Notes: generated from the letters alone by a model not told the origin. Counted from the first letter of the whole stretch, positions 22,490 to 36,390 are shown. The stretch: 63,192 nt of DNA, filler included, from Octopus bimaculoides (GCF_001194135.2; 7 parts of 6 records of this genome joined end to end with filler, not necessarily neighbours in it); one strand, 5' to 3'. Program-made: numbers and translations.

Positions 22490-25400
22490 ATGGAGAAGAT
22501 GATTCTCTAAAAAGAACAAAATTGAAATGGCAAGAAAGGTGCAAATTGGTAAGTGCTTGGTACCTATCTGGCCGGAAATATCGTACATGGCCAGGGGTGC
22601 CAAATATTCTACAGTGGAAGTGCGATTCCCAACAGAAGGAAAAGCAAGGCAACACACCGTGGCCTCCATGAAAACAGAGGAAATTATATTACGACCATCT
22701 TAACTTGGAAGGGGTGTTTCTAGGGTAAGGTTAGAGATGTCACCAGAGGTAGATGTTCCCTGCCTAGTGGCAGCGATAACAATGGGCTTGGAGGAGAAAA
22801 TATCGATCCTCCAAGCCACGAAAACAACAACGCAGAACTGGCTGTGGCAGGGACCGGAAATGACCATCGAGGCTGCACCGAAGATTTGGAAAACATCATC
22901 GACACCATTGTGGCGGGTGATAAGAGATTGAGTGTTGTAGTGGATGGCAGAAAGCCACGCTGCTACATGTGAGGTCAGAAAGGCCACATAAGAGCGGAAT
23001 GCCCTCCACCTCTCGCAAAGGCAGAGGTTGTCCGAACGGTAGTGAGGGAAACCCACTTCCAACTATTGTGGAATCGAATGATGGAGAATGCGAAGAGGAG
23101 TCATGTGCGACGGAACAGAAGGGCAAACAAGTGGAGGAAGAGACAGCAAATGGATGGAATAAAGTCGCCAAAAGAAACAGAAAGAGGAGGAAGCGAAACC
23201 ACACCAGTGATGATGACCCCACCCCACACATTCCTTTCCCTTCCCTTCCCCTCGGACACCAGTTCTCGACCTGCCCCACCAATCACTGAACTCGACCCTG
23301 ACCACAACCCTAGCACTACAGACACATAAGCAGACACGCAGGAACCCCGAATCCCCCAGCCCCCACCATTTGAAAAGAGTTGTGTTATAGCTTTCAATGA
23401 ACTGAATAATTTGCTGATGAAGGAAATAAACAGATTTAAAGACATTGTGAAAGTTGATTTTCTTTCAATGAATTGGGAAGCCTACATTTGTTTACTGCAA
23501 AAATATATCTTGCAAAATGGATAATTCCTCAGAGCTGAAAGTTGAGAGATTCACAAGTTTCTTAGAGGAGAGGATTACCGATACTGATATGAATTATATG
23601 TAAAGAGAGTGAAAAGGAAACGGAAAAAAAAACAAGCGAATAACCAAACCGTAAATGAAAATGGAAACCAAAGCGAAGACATAACAAACACAACTGGATT
23701 TTAAAGGATAAACTCTGCGACGGCTACTAGTGCGTCAAAGGAGAATGTGCTACGTTCTCAGTTAATCTAGGATGTAGGTTTTTTTCGCAGCCTGGGGTCG
23801 GATTGGAAACAGGGACGTCTCCTTAACGACCTTAGGTCGAATTCTTTAGATATGATAGCTGTCACTGATACCAGACTGGGTGAATTGAAGGCTTTTTCGC
23901 ACCCCCTAAATGACTACGAGAAAGAGGTTTCTCTATGTCAACCTGGAGGTGGAGGGAGACGCAGTTCTGCTCAGGGAGACGCTCAATCTAGAAACTACAA
24001 CAATTTTTGTTGAACCAGACGGCAGCTTGGTCCTCATTGAAGTGAGTCATAGAAGTAGTAAGACCTTCAGGATGGCGGCTGTCTATACCACGTGTAGGAA
24101 TGGACACTGATGTTATCAGAAGCCTAGATAATTTTCTCGGTACGTCAGACAATTTAGTGATGGTAGGGGACTTCAACGTTATCTGCGATATACACGTAGA
24201 TTGCGTTGGCTCGAATCCTGACAGGAGAGGAAACTCTTGCTTCAACGATCTGTGAAGCCTTCAGGAGTCGGATTAGGCAGTTAGTGATAAGAGCATAGCC
24301 GGATTCATTATTAACAACAAATGGTGGTATGCACACAAAAGAGCCGTTAAAAGTGAGTCTATTAGATTCAGCAAAAAAAAAAAAAAAAGAAGCTAAGCAG
24401 AGAAATAGTGTAGAAAGGGACTAAGTTAAAGCACTAGAGGAGACAATGTGATCTGGCTCTGCACCCTGAGTGCTGGCTGCGAGGATGGTAAACACGATTG
24501 TAAACACGACGTTTTCATGGTCAGAGCAAAGTTACGTGCAATTTGCCAAGAGGAAATCGACTCTGCTGGACGGGTTCGTGTGGTAGAGTATCAGCGTGGC
24601 AACGACGCCACATCAAGTTCTTTGACGGACCAAATGAGCGAACGGTAAACGAACCCGATGTGATGTGTATGGTATTTCATGAGCATTTCGCTCAGCTGTT
24701 CGGAGGGCTGCAAGGGACCGGATCTTAGGGAGGACCTCAAAACGTCTTCGCCAGTCTGCCGTGCCACTTGGGCCGGAGCGCGGAATAATGTGAAAGGCCG
24801 ATCAAAGCCTCGGAAGTGGAGGTGTCATTGTCAGATTTTGGCGGGGACAGGTCACTGTGTTGCGATGGTCTCCACTACGAATTTTATTATATTATGCCCC
24901 ATATGTTAGGGCACCTACTAGCTTGCGTTTTCACCAAATGGAAGCAGATTGCGAGTATCCCGACATCTCTGAACCGGAGGTGGTTGTGCTGCTCAAAAAG
25001 GACTCAAGAGAGGGGCATGTAATCGGCAACTGTAGACCCAAGACTGCTTCACACAAATTTGAGAATTTAGGCCAACTTAATAGTGAAAAGGTTGGTGAGG
25101 GTCGTGCGTGGACACGTGGGGGAAGCGCAAACTTGCGCCATCTCCGGCAAGTCTGTTCGCGACCACCTCCACTTTATACGCTATACCTTAGAGAGGATTT
25201 TAAAAATCGTGACAAGGGTAGGGCGTTTAGATCAATCCAAAGACTTTAATAGTGTAGACCATCGTTATCTGGAAGCGGTCTCTGCGTCGGCGGTTTTGGC
25301 CTTCCGTGCCTGGATCAATGCTTTATATAGCAATATCAAGTCGGTAGTTCGGATAAACAGTTTCTTTTCGGAGACTTTCTGCATCGAGCACTCGGTACAT

Positions 25401-26900
25401 CAAGGATGTCCATTCTCGACCCTGCTGCATGTATTGGCCCTCGAGCCACTACTGCGGAAACTGGAAGTTATGAGTGGTGTTCCTCGAGATCTAGGGCGTG
25501 GAAGATTGGTTATGGTGTATGCGGACAACGTGAAGTTAATCGTATCCAGGGACCACGAGAAAGAGCGTTAGGGAAGCCATAATGTATTACGAAGCGGTGG
25601 AAGGAGCAACATTTTACTTGGATAACTTGGTCGACGTGCAGCTCGGCACCTAGAAGGATAAGTCGATATCGTCCAAAAGCATTGTCAGACGCTGGACAGA
25701 CGGACCGGTGAAAATGCTAGTGGTCTGGCTTGGTCCAGGCCTCCAGAGACAGAGAAGATCTGAGGTGCTGTTGCGAGCATGGTGGCTCTCTTAACCCAGA
25801 CTTGGTCCGAGTGGAGGCTATGCCCGAAAGGGAGGGCGGAGATCGCAAATGTGTTTATCGCAACTGTAATTACCTACAGCCTAACCGTCGTGCCTTATTC
25901 CAATTCGTGACTGAACAAGATAGAACGTATGCCTTCTCGCTTTCTCTGTCCCAAACAACAGCTCCATGGTGGGTTAGGAATGCCGTGGCTAAAGATGTGC
26001 AGGTATGCGCTGAGGCATCTACCTGGATGGTGGGCACGTGTCGTTCGCGTTCGTCAAACTGATGCTGACCAGGTTCACTTTGTTTGGTGAAATGGAAACG
26101 TGGATCAAGCGTAGACCAAGATTGGGAGCTGGACAAGAAGAGTGTCGTCAGGCGCTCGTGCTTCTCTCCCGTACGAGTAACGCCAGCAGCGGAGGTAAGA
26201 CCTCGGCATTCTATATAGGTTTGGTAGAGGGCAAGTGTGATGAGGGTCTAGAGGAGACACTGGACTTCAATGATAGTCATGTTCCCAAATTTCGAGCAAC
26301 GGACTATGGACGGCTTCTCCATATCCCTGGTTAGGCAGTGTTTCGAGGTGCCTTACCAGTTCGTGATAAACTCTCTAGGCACTAGAGTTTCGACTACGTG
26401 CCCACGATGCAAGTAAAACATTGAAACTGTTCTGTACGCAATCGTGTAGTCTCCGAGACTCGGAATTGTGGCTTTACACCGAACAACTGCTGTCATAACT
26501 AGTAAGAGTACAGCTGTCAAACGAGTCGATCATCAAGATCGTTCTGCCACCTTCTCTAAGCAGACATCAGCAGGTCTGTTTTCTAGCCGTAATGGCTATG
26601 TCAAAAGAGGTGGTATGGAAGAGGCGTGTGAAAGGTATTATGGCAGACGCCTTCATCTCCGGCCGTGAATTGGTAAACTTCTTTGTATTTTACCTGAGAA
26701 GTAAAGTACGGTTGGATAGGAGATGCCTGCCGGCCAGCAAAGATGTTAAAAGATGGAAGGTTGTCTGAATGCTGTGTGTGAAAGGGCCTGTTTGAATGAG
26801 AACGTACAAGGATTCTAAAGCGGTTCAGAATAGGAATGTGGTTGGTGGGTTCGAACCGATTCCACACTCCTGGTTGTTATCTCATTCGTAATTTATACTG
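22490..26900 (+). mobile_element. Near full-length degenerate L1/Tx1-clade LINE: ORF1 with CCHC knuckle, ORF2 with APE and RT
   Basis: ORF1 DGRKPRCYM*GQKGHIRAEC. APE motifs AVTDT, AAVY, VGDFN. RT motifs QTCAISGKS, LDQSKDF..VDH, VHQGCP.S.LL.VLALEPLL, VYADN. C-terminal FRGALPVRDKL. Many lesions. Confidence 0.9.
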
Positions 26901-27029
26901 TCATATATTTTTAATGATGTGTACTCATCATTTGTTAATTCATTCGTGTAAGTCCATGACCCTTTTATGTCCTGTACTGTCTGTTCAATGTCAAACTTGT
27001 ATAGCTTTTGAAAAATATATTCGTAATTT

Positions 27030-27880
27030 GGACGCATCAGGTATGACCCGATTGTCAGCAGTGCAGAGAGAACAAGCTATCAGCCGTCTGCAGGCAGGGC
27101 AACGTGCACTGGTTGTTACGAAACCTTACACTACCCATGTCAGCATTAACTATCGCCTGCAACAGCGATGCATCAACACCAACAGCACAACACACCGTGC
27201 CAGCAAAAGGCTCCCCAAGGTGACCAGGCCGGCGCAGGATCGCTTCGAATACCTGCAATACTTTCGTTATCGCTTCAGACAGGCAAGCGTGACAGCTCGG
27301 AAGATCATTGGCACTGGACAGCGACCCATCAGCGGCGACCCGGTACGACGACGACAGGCCACCAATAACCTGCTATGCCGTTGTCTGCTCGAGGGCCTAT
27401 CCTTACCACCCACCACCGTCAGGTATGACTAAAGAGGGCTATACAGCACATTGGCGGCATCAACAATAGAGGTCGATAGTCGTTTCTCGTGAGAGCCGGC
27501 TCTGCTTTTCCAACTCGGAAGGCAGAATGAGGGTGTGGCGTAGGAGGGAGTGAACGCTACAGAGACGCATGTGTTATGGAGAGAGACGCGTGGAGTGGCC
27601 AAAGCATCATGGTTTAGGCTGCTATAGACCTTCATCAGAGAATTAGGCGCCATGTGTCCAAAATGCTGGTGCAGGCAAAGGGAATGGTATCATAGCGCAG
27701 CCCTACGTTGACCAGATCCTAAGACCTTACATCGTCCAGATACGGAATATCCAGGTGGTCCCAAGGCCGAAAAGTCATGTGAAATTTCAATCAGCTTTCG
27801 TCAGGGTGTGGACACAGGTGTCAATGGCTGCTGTAAACAACTTCATGCACTCCATGAACCGATGATGTATGGCCATTTTG
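27030..27880 (+). mobile_element. Tc1-like transposase remnant
   Basis: MTRLSAVQREQAISRLQAG paired-HTH start, PKVTRPAQDR, ERYRDACVMERD...SIMV*AAI. The catalytic end is degraded and TIRs were not found. Confidence 0.8.
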
Positions 27881-28690
27881 TACATCCTAGGAGGGCATAC
27901 ATTTGGGAAGATCTTTAGATTCAATAATTCTCTGCAACTGTCATGTCATTAAAGTAAAATCGCCTTATTGTCGAGAGAATTTTTGAAGATTTCTTGAAAC
28001 TTGAGTTTGTCTCCCCTTCTCAAGTGAATCTTATCTCAATTGCCACTTCCTAATTGCGATATATCCTGTAAAGGCGGAGATAATGCTAATAAATCAAAAA
28101 CTTTTCTTCTATGGTATTCTACATACCTGTATTTGTCTATGTAAGAGTACGTGTCCTTGTGTATATGATTATGTGTGCGTATGTATAGATGTGATAGTGC
28201 CCATATGTGCGTGTGTATATATATATATATATGAATTATTTTGCATCTGTGTATGTGCTTTGGTGATTCTGTTCCTTTCTGGTGTTTCTGCGTGTCTGTG
28301 TTACTATGTCTCCATTATAAACTTGCAGCGACTTGGTGTGTATTATTGTATTCTCGTGTGTGACATTAACGCCATAAAATAAACTAATGCCACCGATGTT
28401 ATTTTTCTCGCAATTCATTCTGTTTTTTTTTTGTTCTTTTTTTGTAAATGTCAGAATAAATTGGTGGAACTAGAAAATAATATTCCAATACCTCACAAAC
28501 ACGCGCTTATGATAATAGACATACACCTGTCTATATAACATACACAGATATTTGCATACAAGCCCACATACATATACAAACGCACAAGTACCTGTGCAAG
28601 TATAAATATATGTATGCATATATGTGTATATGCATATATATCTATGTGTATATGTATGTATGTATGTATATATATGTTCGCATGTATGTA

Positions 28691-28740
<50 letters not shown>

Positions 28741-28840
28741 NNNNNNNNNNNNNNNNNNNNNNNNNNNNNNNNNNNNNNNNNNNNTTAATTAATTAANNNN
28801 NNNNNNNNNNNNNNNNNNNNNNNNNNNNNNNNNNNNNNNN

Positions 28841-28877
<37 letters not shown>

Positions 28878-28881
<4 letters not shown>

Positions 28882-29215
28882 AGGAGGAGACCCCCTTTGG
28901 TCATGAATGACTATGAGATTGCACATAGAAAGTTACCCTCCAAGGCACAAGTCTGGACAAAGTTGTTTATGGAAGGCCGGCAGTCACCCATGCATACCAG
29001 CCTCCCCTCTCCATACCACTGATGTTATCCAAGGGAAAGGCAAAGGTCAATACAGCTTGGCACCAGTGATATCACAACTCATTTCTACAGCTGAGTTAAC
29101 TGGAGCAACGTGAAATAAAGTGTCTTGCTCAAGAACATAACACGCAGCCCGGTTCTGGAATCGAACTCACAACCTCACAATCATAAAATCGACGCTCTAA
29201 CCACTGAGCCATATA
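28878..29215 (-). mobile_element. tRNA-derived SINE, family E
   Basis: On the minus strand: A box TGGCTCAGTGG, B box GAGTTCGATTCC, then a CORE-like ttgagcaagacacttt and a non-tRNA body. Confidence 0.85.
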
Positions 29216-29375
29216 TCACACACACACACACATATATATATAAATTTCTTCTTTAAGTGCTTTGAATTATTGGACTATGACAATGGATGTGCATTATCCT
29301 TAAGGGTTTTAATCAATCATATCAATTTCAGTTTTGAATTTTATTCTGGTCCATATTTTCAACAATTTATATACA

Positions 29376-29926
29376 TGAGGTCTGGTCAAAAAGTATTGGG
29401 ACTAGTGCTATAATGAGAACACTACAACACACATCAATTTGGCATTTAATCTCCTTCAAGGTAGTCCCCTTCTCAAGCAACACACTTTACCCAGTATTGT
29501 TTCAAATGACAGGCATTCCTAAAATTCCTAGTTTAGGATAGCAAGTAGCTGCCATGTCATGTTCTCTTGGATTTCCTCAATGTCTTGAAATCTTGTTGGG
29601 ATTTTCTACAACGAAGACTGAGCCTGGGTTTTGGGGTCATAGCCATAGACACACGATTTGTCACTTATTGTGACTGTTTTCAAAAAGTTTTTGTTTTCTT
29701 CAACACAATCAAAGAAATCCAACATAGCTGAAACCCAATCTTCTTTTTGAGATGACCACACTCTACACACTTTACTTTCAAGCACCGTTGTAAACAACAG
29801 AAGTGAGCAAAAACGTTGTAACTCAGTGTGCATGTGCAACAGAGAGTAAAGTCAATCTGTGTCAAGCAGCTTCACTTTAGCTCTATTACCATAGCAACAG
29901 ACCCAGTACTTTTTGACCAGACCTTG
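29376..29926 (-). mobile_element. Internally deleted mariner, 551 bp, both TIRs present
   Basis: TIRs tgaggtctggtcaaaaagtattggg and cccagtactttttgaccagaccttg. Remnant FLKTVTISDKSCVYGYDPKTQAQSS resembles ITGDETWVYGYDPETK.QS. Confidence 0.9.
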
Positions 29927-30891
29927 TTATGCATTGAATTAATGTCGATAATTAGCAGAGTCATATAAACATTGCATAGATCTTATTGTGCTAAGCATTC
30001 TGACTCTCTGCTGACTGAATTCAAAATTTGCCAATGTCAGTTTTACTATTCAACCTTGCAGAATAGTTAAACAAAATACCAGTCAAGTACTGACTTGATT
30101 CTTTTCATTTCTTCCTGTCTAATGGTCCTTCTTTTTGGAAAAAATCAGCTATCATCAAACCATTCCGCCAGATCAAAAATAGCCCAAAACATGTCATATG
30201 TCATCATGGTACCTCTTTGTCCCCACCACCTCAAAAGTTAGCAGCTTAAGGTAAGACGTGATATTTATTCAATGGCTCCATCATATTTGACAAAAAGGCT
30301 TGAACCTCAACCTTTTACTTTATACCTGTAAATACAAATACACCCCAATACGTGTGTGTGTGTGTGTGTGTGCATAATTGCATATGTGTCTATGGTTATA
30401 TGTGCATATATGCAAATAATTATGTTTGTCTGCATGTATGCATACATCTATATGTACATGTATATGTGTATGGGTATGCATTTTTATGTGTACTCATGCT
30501 CATATATGTATATAATATGCGTGCGCATGCATAATTTATGTGTTTGTGTTGTGTGCATCCTTAACAGTTTCATAACACTAAATTCATATTGACTTTTTTT
30601 AACTCCCCACCACCACTATCATCACGATTAATACAAGCTTTATTCAATTTTCCACACCTCCCCATTCTCATTTAGTTTTATCCATTTTAAGCATTGCATG
30701 CATGTGCATGTGTATGTTAATGTGTGGATATGTGCATTGCATGCACATATGTATATGTCTGTTAAATGCATGCATGGATATATGTTTGACTATGTTTATG
30801 TATATTATTCATTAATGCATGTGTGTGTGTGTGCAACCATGTAAAAATGTGTGTGTGTGTGTGTGTGCAACCGTCTGAAAATGTATGTGTG

Positions 30892-30931
<40 letters not shown>

Positions 30932-31374
30932 NNNNNNNNNNNNNNNNNNNNNNNNNNNNNNNNNNNNNNNNNNNNNNNNNNNNNNNNNNNNNNNNNNNNN
31001 NNNNNNNNNNNNNNNNNNNNNNNNNNNNNNNNNNNNNNNNNNNNNNNNNNNNNNNNNNNNNNNNNNNNNNNNNNNNNNNNNNNNNNNNNNNNNNNNNNNN
31101 NNNNNNNNNNNNNNNNNNNNNNNNNNNNNNNNNNNNNNNNNNNNNNNNNNNNNNNNNNNNNNNNNNNNNNNNNNNNNNNNNNNNNNNNNNNNNNNNNNNN
31201 NNNNNNNNNNNNNNNNNNNNNNNNGAGGTTATGGATCACATTATAAATCAAATCATAAGAGTGTAATGTATTTGTTGAAATCCAGTAAATCCAACCAGTA
31301 ATGATTATTTCATTAAGAGCATACTGAATATAAAAAAGTCAGGAGGTATGAGATGAATAGGCACACACACACAG

Positions 31375-31411
<37 letters not shown>

Positions 31412-31421
31412 CACATGTGTG

Positions 31422-31462
<41 letters not shown>

Positions 31463-32341
31463 NNNNNNNNNNNNNNNNNNNNNNNNNNNNNNNNNNNNNN
31501 NNNNNNNNNNNNNNNNNNNNNNNNNNNNNNNNNNNNNNNNNNNNNNNNNNNNNNNNNNNNNNNNNNNNNNNNNNNNNNNNNNNNNNNNNNNNNNNNNNNN
31601 NNNNNNNNNNNNNNNNNNNNNNNNNNNNNNNNNNNNNNNNNNNNNNNNNNNNNNNNNNNNNNNNNNNNNNNNNNNNNNNNNNNNNNNNNNNNNNNNNNNN
31701 NNNNNNNNNNNNNNNNNNNNNNNNNNNNNNNNNNNNNNNNNNNNNNNNNNNNNNNNNNNNNNNNNNNNNNNNNNNNNNNNNNNNNNNNNNNNNNNNNNNN
31801 NNNNNNNNNNNNNNNNNNNNNNNNNNNNNNNNNNNNNNNNNNNNNNNNNNNNNNNNNNNNNNNNNNNNNNNNNNNNNNNNNNNNNNNNNNNNNNNNNNNN
31901 NNNNNNNNNNNNNNNNNNNNNNNNNNNNNNNNNNNNNNNNNNNNNNNNNNNNNNNNNNNNNNNNNNNNNNNNNNNNNNNNNNNNNNNNNNNNNNNNNNNN
32001 NNNNNNNNNNNNNNNNNNNNNNNNNNNNNNNNNNNNNNNNNNNNNNNNNNNNNNNNNNNNNNNNNNNNNNNNNNNNNNNNNNNNNNNNNNNNNNNNNNNN
32101 NNNNNNNNNNNNNNNNNNNNNNNNNNNNNNNNNNNNNNNNNNNNNNNNNNNNNNNNNNNNNNNNNNNNNNNNNNNNNNNNNNNNNNNNNNNNNNNNNNNN
32201 NNNNNNNNNNNNNNNNNNNNNNNNNNNNNNNNNNNNNNNNNNNNNNNNNNNNNNNNNNNNNNNNNNNNNNNNNNNNNNNNNNNNNNNNNNNNNNNNNNNN
32301 NNNNNNATATGTATATATGTATATATATATATATATATATA

Positions 32342-32498
32342 GTGGTTGGCGTTAGGAAGGGCATCCAGCTGTAGAAACTCTTCCAAATTAGATTGGAGCC
32401 TGGTGTAGCCATCCGGTTCACCAGTCCTCAGTCAAATCGTCCAACCCATGCTAGCATGGAAAGCGGACGTTAAACGATGATGATGATGATGATGATGA
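32342..32498 (+). mobile_element. RTE LINE 3' tail ending in (GAT)n
   Basis: gttggcgttaggaagggcatccagctgtagaaac...ggacgttaaacgatgatgat, the same as the 3'UTR end of the RTE at 43626. Confidence 0.9.
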
Positions 32499-32509
32499 TA
32501 TAGTAGTAT

Positions 32510-34320
32510 ACATCCATCAGTCTCCAGAGACCATAGGTTTGTGCCCCGAAAAGTTGTGTCAGCTGATGGTGTTGGAGCAGTGTCTGCTGTGGCTGTAGAG
32601 GTCCACACAGGAGTGGCAGTCATGCATACAGTGACTGCATTTGAAAAAGCTCTCTGCCGCTGCTCCTGCCTTTCTTTCCACTGAGTGTGCTTTTCTTTGG
32701 TGGCAGGATTCTGTTTTTCTTCTCCTTGCTCCATCCCCTTTCACAGTATTTGTCTCCAGTGTGGGTGATCATTTGTGACCTCCTACCATCTCAGGACGTT
32801 CAGATCTATTGACTTTATATCTCTCTTGCAGACGTTCTTGAAATGAAGATGAGGTCATCCTAGTGCTCTTGTGCTAGTGGCCAATTCCCCATAGAGGAGG
32901 TCTTTTGGGATTCTCTCATCTGTTATGCAATGTACATGACTGAGCCAGTGCAGATGAGGCTGCTGGAGCAGAGTGAGTATACTGGGAATCTTGGCATAGT
33001 TGAGGATTTCAGTGTTGGTGATGCAGTCCAAGATGTGTCTTAAATCATGATAGTGGAAGATGTTGAGATGCTGAAGTAGAGGCTCCATATCTCACCAACA
33101 CATGCCTTATAGACAGCAGCCAATTTTCTATTTTCCCAGACTTTCTTTGTGAGCTTGGCAAATGTAGAGGATGATTGTCCAATTTTCCTGCTGATCTCAG
33201 GCTCCAGGAAGAGGTAACCAGAGATGGTAGAGCCAAGGTAGGTGAATTCATGGACTACCTTCAGCTTTGTAGTTGTTGATGGTGGTGGTGGAGGGTGCTT
33301 GACACCGTGCCTAAGTACTTTGGTCTTCTTCAGACAGATAGTCAGCCTTTGAGAGTTTGTCCACGAAGTGCTGCATTTGATCCTCAGAGTGTGCTGTCAG
33401 TGCTGCGTTGTCCACGAACAGCATTTCTCTGATGAGCATGTGGCACACTCTGGATTTTGATTTCAAGCTTGACAGACTAAACAGTTTCTTGCCTGGTCTG
33501 GTGTGAAGGTAAGCACCATCAGTTTATGTTCCAAATACGTGTTTCAGTTTGGCTGCAAAGAAGATGCCAAACAAGGTGGAGGAAAGCACACAGCCCTGCT
33601 TCACACTGCTACATATATTGAACGCCTCCGAATAACAGCCATCAAATTGGACGAGGCCTTTAATACCCACGTGAAACGATTGGACAATCCTGAAGAGTCT
33701 TGGAGGACAGCCAATCTTGGAAAGGATTTTGGACAGGCTGTCTCTACGGACTAGGTCAATAGCCTTTGTGAGATTGATGAAGAGCGGTTGCCTTTGCTCT
33801 TGGCACTTCTGTAACTGTTGAAGAGAGAAGATTATGTTGATGGCAGAACATTCTGATCTGAAGTCACACAGAGGTTGGAGTATACCCTCTCAGCAATCTT
33901 CTGTAGTCTGTTTAGGACCACATGCACAAAGACCTTTCTGATGATGCTTAACAGTGAGATGCCTGCAGTTGTTTTTTTCTCCTTTGTTCTTATATAGGGT
34001 GACAATGTTGCCGTCTCTCATGTCTTGCAGGACTGTTCCTTCCTCTGAACATTGACACAGTAGCTTCAACAAGTGACTAAGTAGAACTCTCCTTGTACAT
34101 CTGATGATCTCTGGTGGGATGCCATCCAAACCTAGTGCTTTTCCAGTGGGCAAGTCATCAATGGCTCTGCTTAGTTCTTCAGCACTTAGCAGTGGGTTCA
34201 GTTCCTCCATGACAAGTAGGTGTTCCACAGTGTCTAGTGCACTGTCCCTGATATTGTCTTCTTTGATGTAGAGTTTGGTATAAGTTCCACCCATCTCTCC
34301 AACTGCTCTCATTTGCTCAT
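32510..34320 (-). mobile_element. BovB-like RTE LINE: RT through the C-terminal C2H2 finger, degenerate
   Basis: GKALGLDGIPPE, DMRDGNIVTLYKNKG, LIREMLFVDNAAL, HWLSHV...DERIPKDLLYGEL, FKCSHCMHDCHSCVDLYSHSRHC. Confidence 0.9.
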
Positions 34321-34355
34321 GATGACTTCTCCTATTCTGGATTTGAGAGGAGATC

Positions 34356-34416
<61 letters not shown>

Positions 34417-34992
34417 NNNNNNNNNNNNNNNNNNNNNNNNNNNNNNNNNNNNNNNNNNNNNNNNNNNNNNNNNNNNNNNNNNNNNNNNNNNNNNNNNNNN
34501 NNNNNNNNNNNNNNNNNNNNNNNNNNNNNNNNNNNNNNNNNNNNNNNNNNNNNNNNNNNNNNNNNNNNNNNNNNNNNNNNNNNNNNNNNNNNNNNNNNNN
34601 NNNNNNNNNNNNNNNNNNNNNNNNNNNNNNNNNNNNNNNNNNNNNNNNNNNNNNNNNNNNNNNNNNNNNNNNNNNNNNNNNNNNNNNNNNNNNNNNNNNN
34701 NNNNNNNNNNNNNNNNNNNNNNNNNNNNNNNNNNNNNNNNNNNNNNNNNNNNNNNNNNNNNNNNNNNNNNNNNNNNNNNNNNNNNNNNNNNNNNNNNNNN
34801 NNNNNNNNNNNNNNNNNNNNNNNNNNNNNNNNNNNNNNNNNNNNNNNNNNNNNNNNNNNNNNNNNNNNNNNNNNNNNNNNNNNNNNNNNNNNNNNNNNNN
34901 NNNNNNNNNNNNNNNNNNNNNNNNNNNNNNNNNNNNNNNNNNNNNNNNNNNNNNNNNNNNNNNNNNNNNNNNNTGTGTGTGTGTGTGTGTAT

Positions 34993-35036
<44 letters not shown>

Positions 35037-35339
35037 GTGAAAGGTATGTCAATAAGGTAGGACCCAACAGACCGATATAATCAATCACACTTTTTGCTGG
35101 TAAAATAGCCCTTTAATTCTCATTCTCTTTGTCATCCACCTGTCTTTCTTTCTCTCTCTCTCTCTTTTTCTCTACCACTTGATAAAAGTAAAATACAAAC
35201 CACCGACTTGTATTTATTTCTTATAACTTGCATTGTTTTAAGTTGAAAAATATTAAATACACATACACATATGTATATACCTATCTGTATATCTATATTT
35301 CTATCCATCCATCCATCCATCCATCCACCTACCTACCTA

Positions 35340-35409
<70 letters not shown>

Positions 35410-35818
35410 CACACACACAGTTGAAATTTATAGGAAAACAAAAAACAAAGGCATGTGTATGAACACTAAGCAAGTGTAATAATTTGATGCTTGGGAAAAA
35501 TGAAAAGGTTTTTTATGTTTCGAGCCTATAGTCTTCAATAGAAAGGAATAAGAGGAAATAAAAAAAAGAATGAATGAAAAAACGTGTTTCAGTCAGTATC
35601 AAACTGGGGTAACCACATGAGCATATAATATACAGTTGGAATTTATAGAAAAGCAAAAGACTAAGACAAGTGTATGAACAACAAGCAAATATATATTAAT
35701 TATTAAAGTTGCTTAGAGGATATGTTAACCTCATAAAGGGATGGCTACATCCAAGGAAATATTGGTTCTATACCTAGTATATTTGGGAAATAAAATTTTT
35801 TTAAATAGGTATATATTT

Positions 35819-35997
35819 AGAATAAAATTCATGTTCAGTTAAATGAAGGGCAGAAAATGGAGAGTTAAGATGATAATAATTATTTATTATTAAAAAAAAT
35901 GGTAATCTTTTACCACCTTTTTTTAATGATAAATAATTATTATTATCTTAACTCTCCATTGTCTTTCCTTCATTTAACGGAACATGAATTTTATTCT
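35819..35997. repeat. Long inverted repeat (hairpin): arms of about 87 bp, 4-nt loop TCTT
   Basis: Left arm 35819-35905 and right arm 35910-35997 align as reverse complements with only a few mismatches. Confidence 0.95.
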
Positions 35998-36355
35998 CTC
36001 TCTATATATATATAGTTCAAATTTGCAGAAAAGCAAAAGACAGGTGTAAGAACAACAAGCAGGTGTATTAGTTTAACACTTGGGAAAATTTGAAAAATCT
36101 TTTACTCTCCAAGCATACGATGTTCGACAGAAAGGAATAAGAGAGAAAAAATGTGTGACTAGGATGTTAGAAAACACTTACATTGCTAAATTGCTCTAAT
36201 GTTGTAGTTAATGCACATGTGCGTTAACTATAGCATTAGAGCAATTTAGCTTTTATTTCTAGTAATGTAGGCATTTCCTTACACCCTAGTCACATTTAGT
36301 GACATTTATAGTTCTCCAATTTGGTGAAACATTGCAAACAGCTGTTTATGTCAAT

Positions 36356-36390
<35 letters not shown>

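Noticed and set aside
29130-29215. tRNA gene
   Set aside because: A and B boxes are present, but the sequence runs straight into a SINE body with no closing acceptor stem evident.
30050-30330. Splice-site-like motifs on both strands
   Set aside because: No frame is open between compatible sites.
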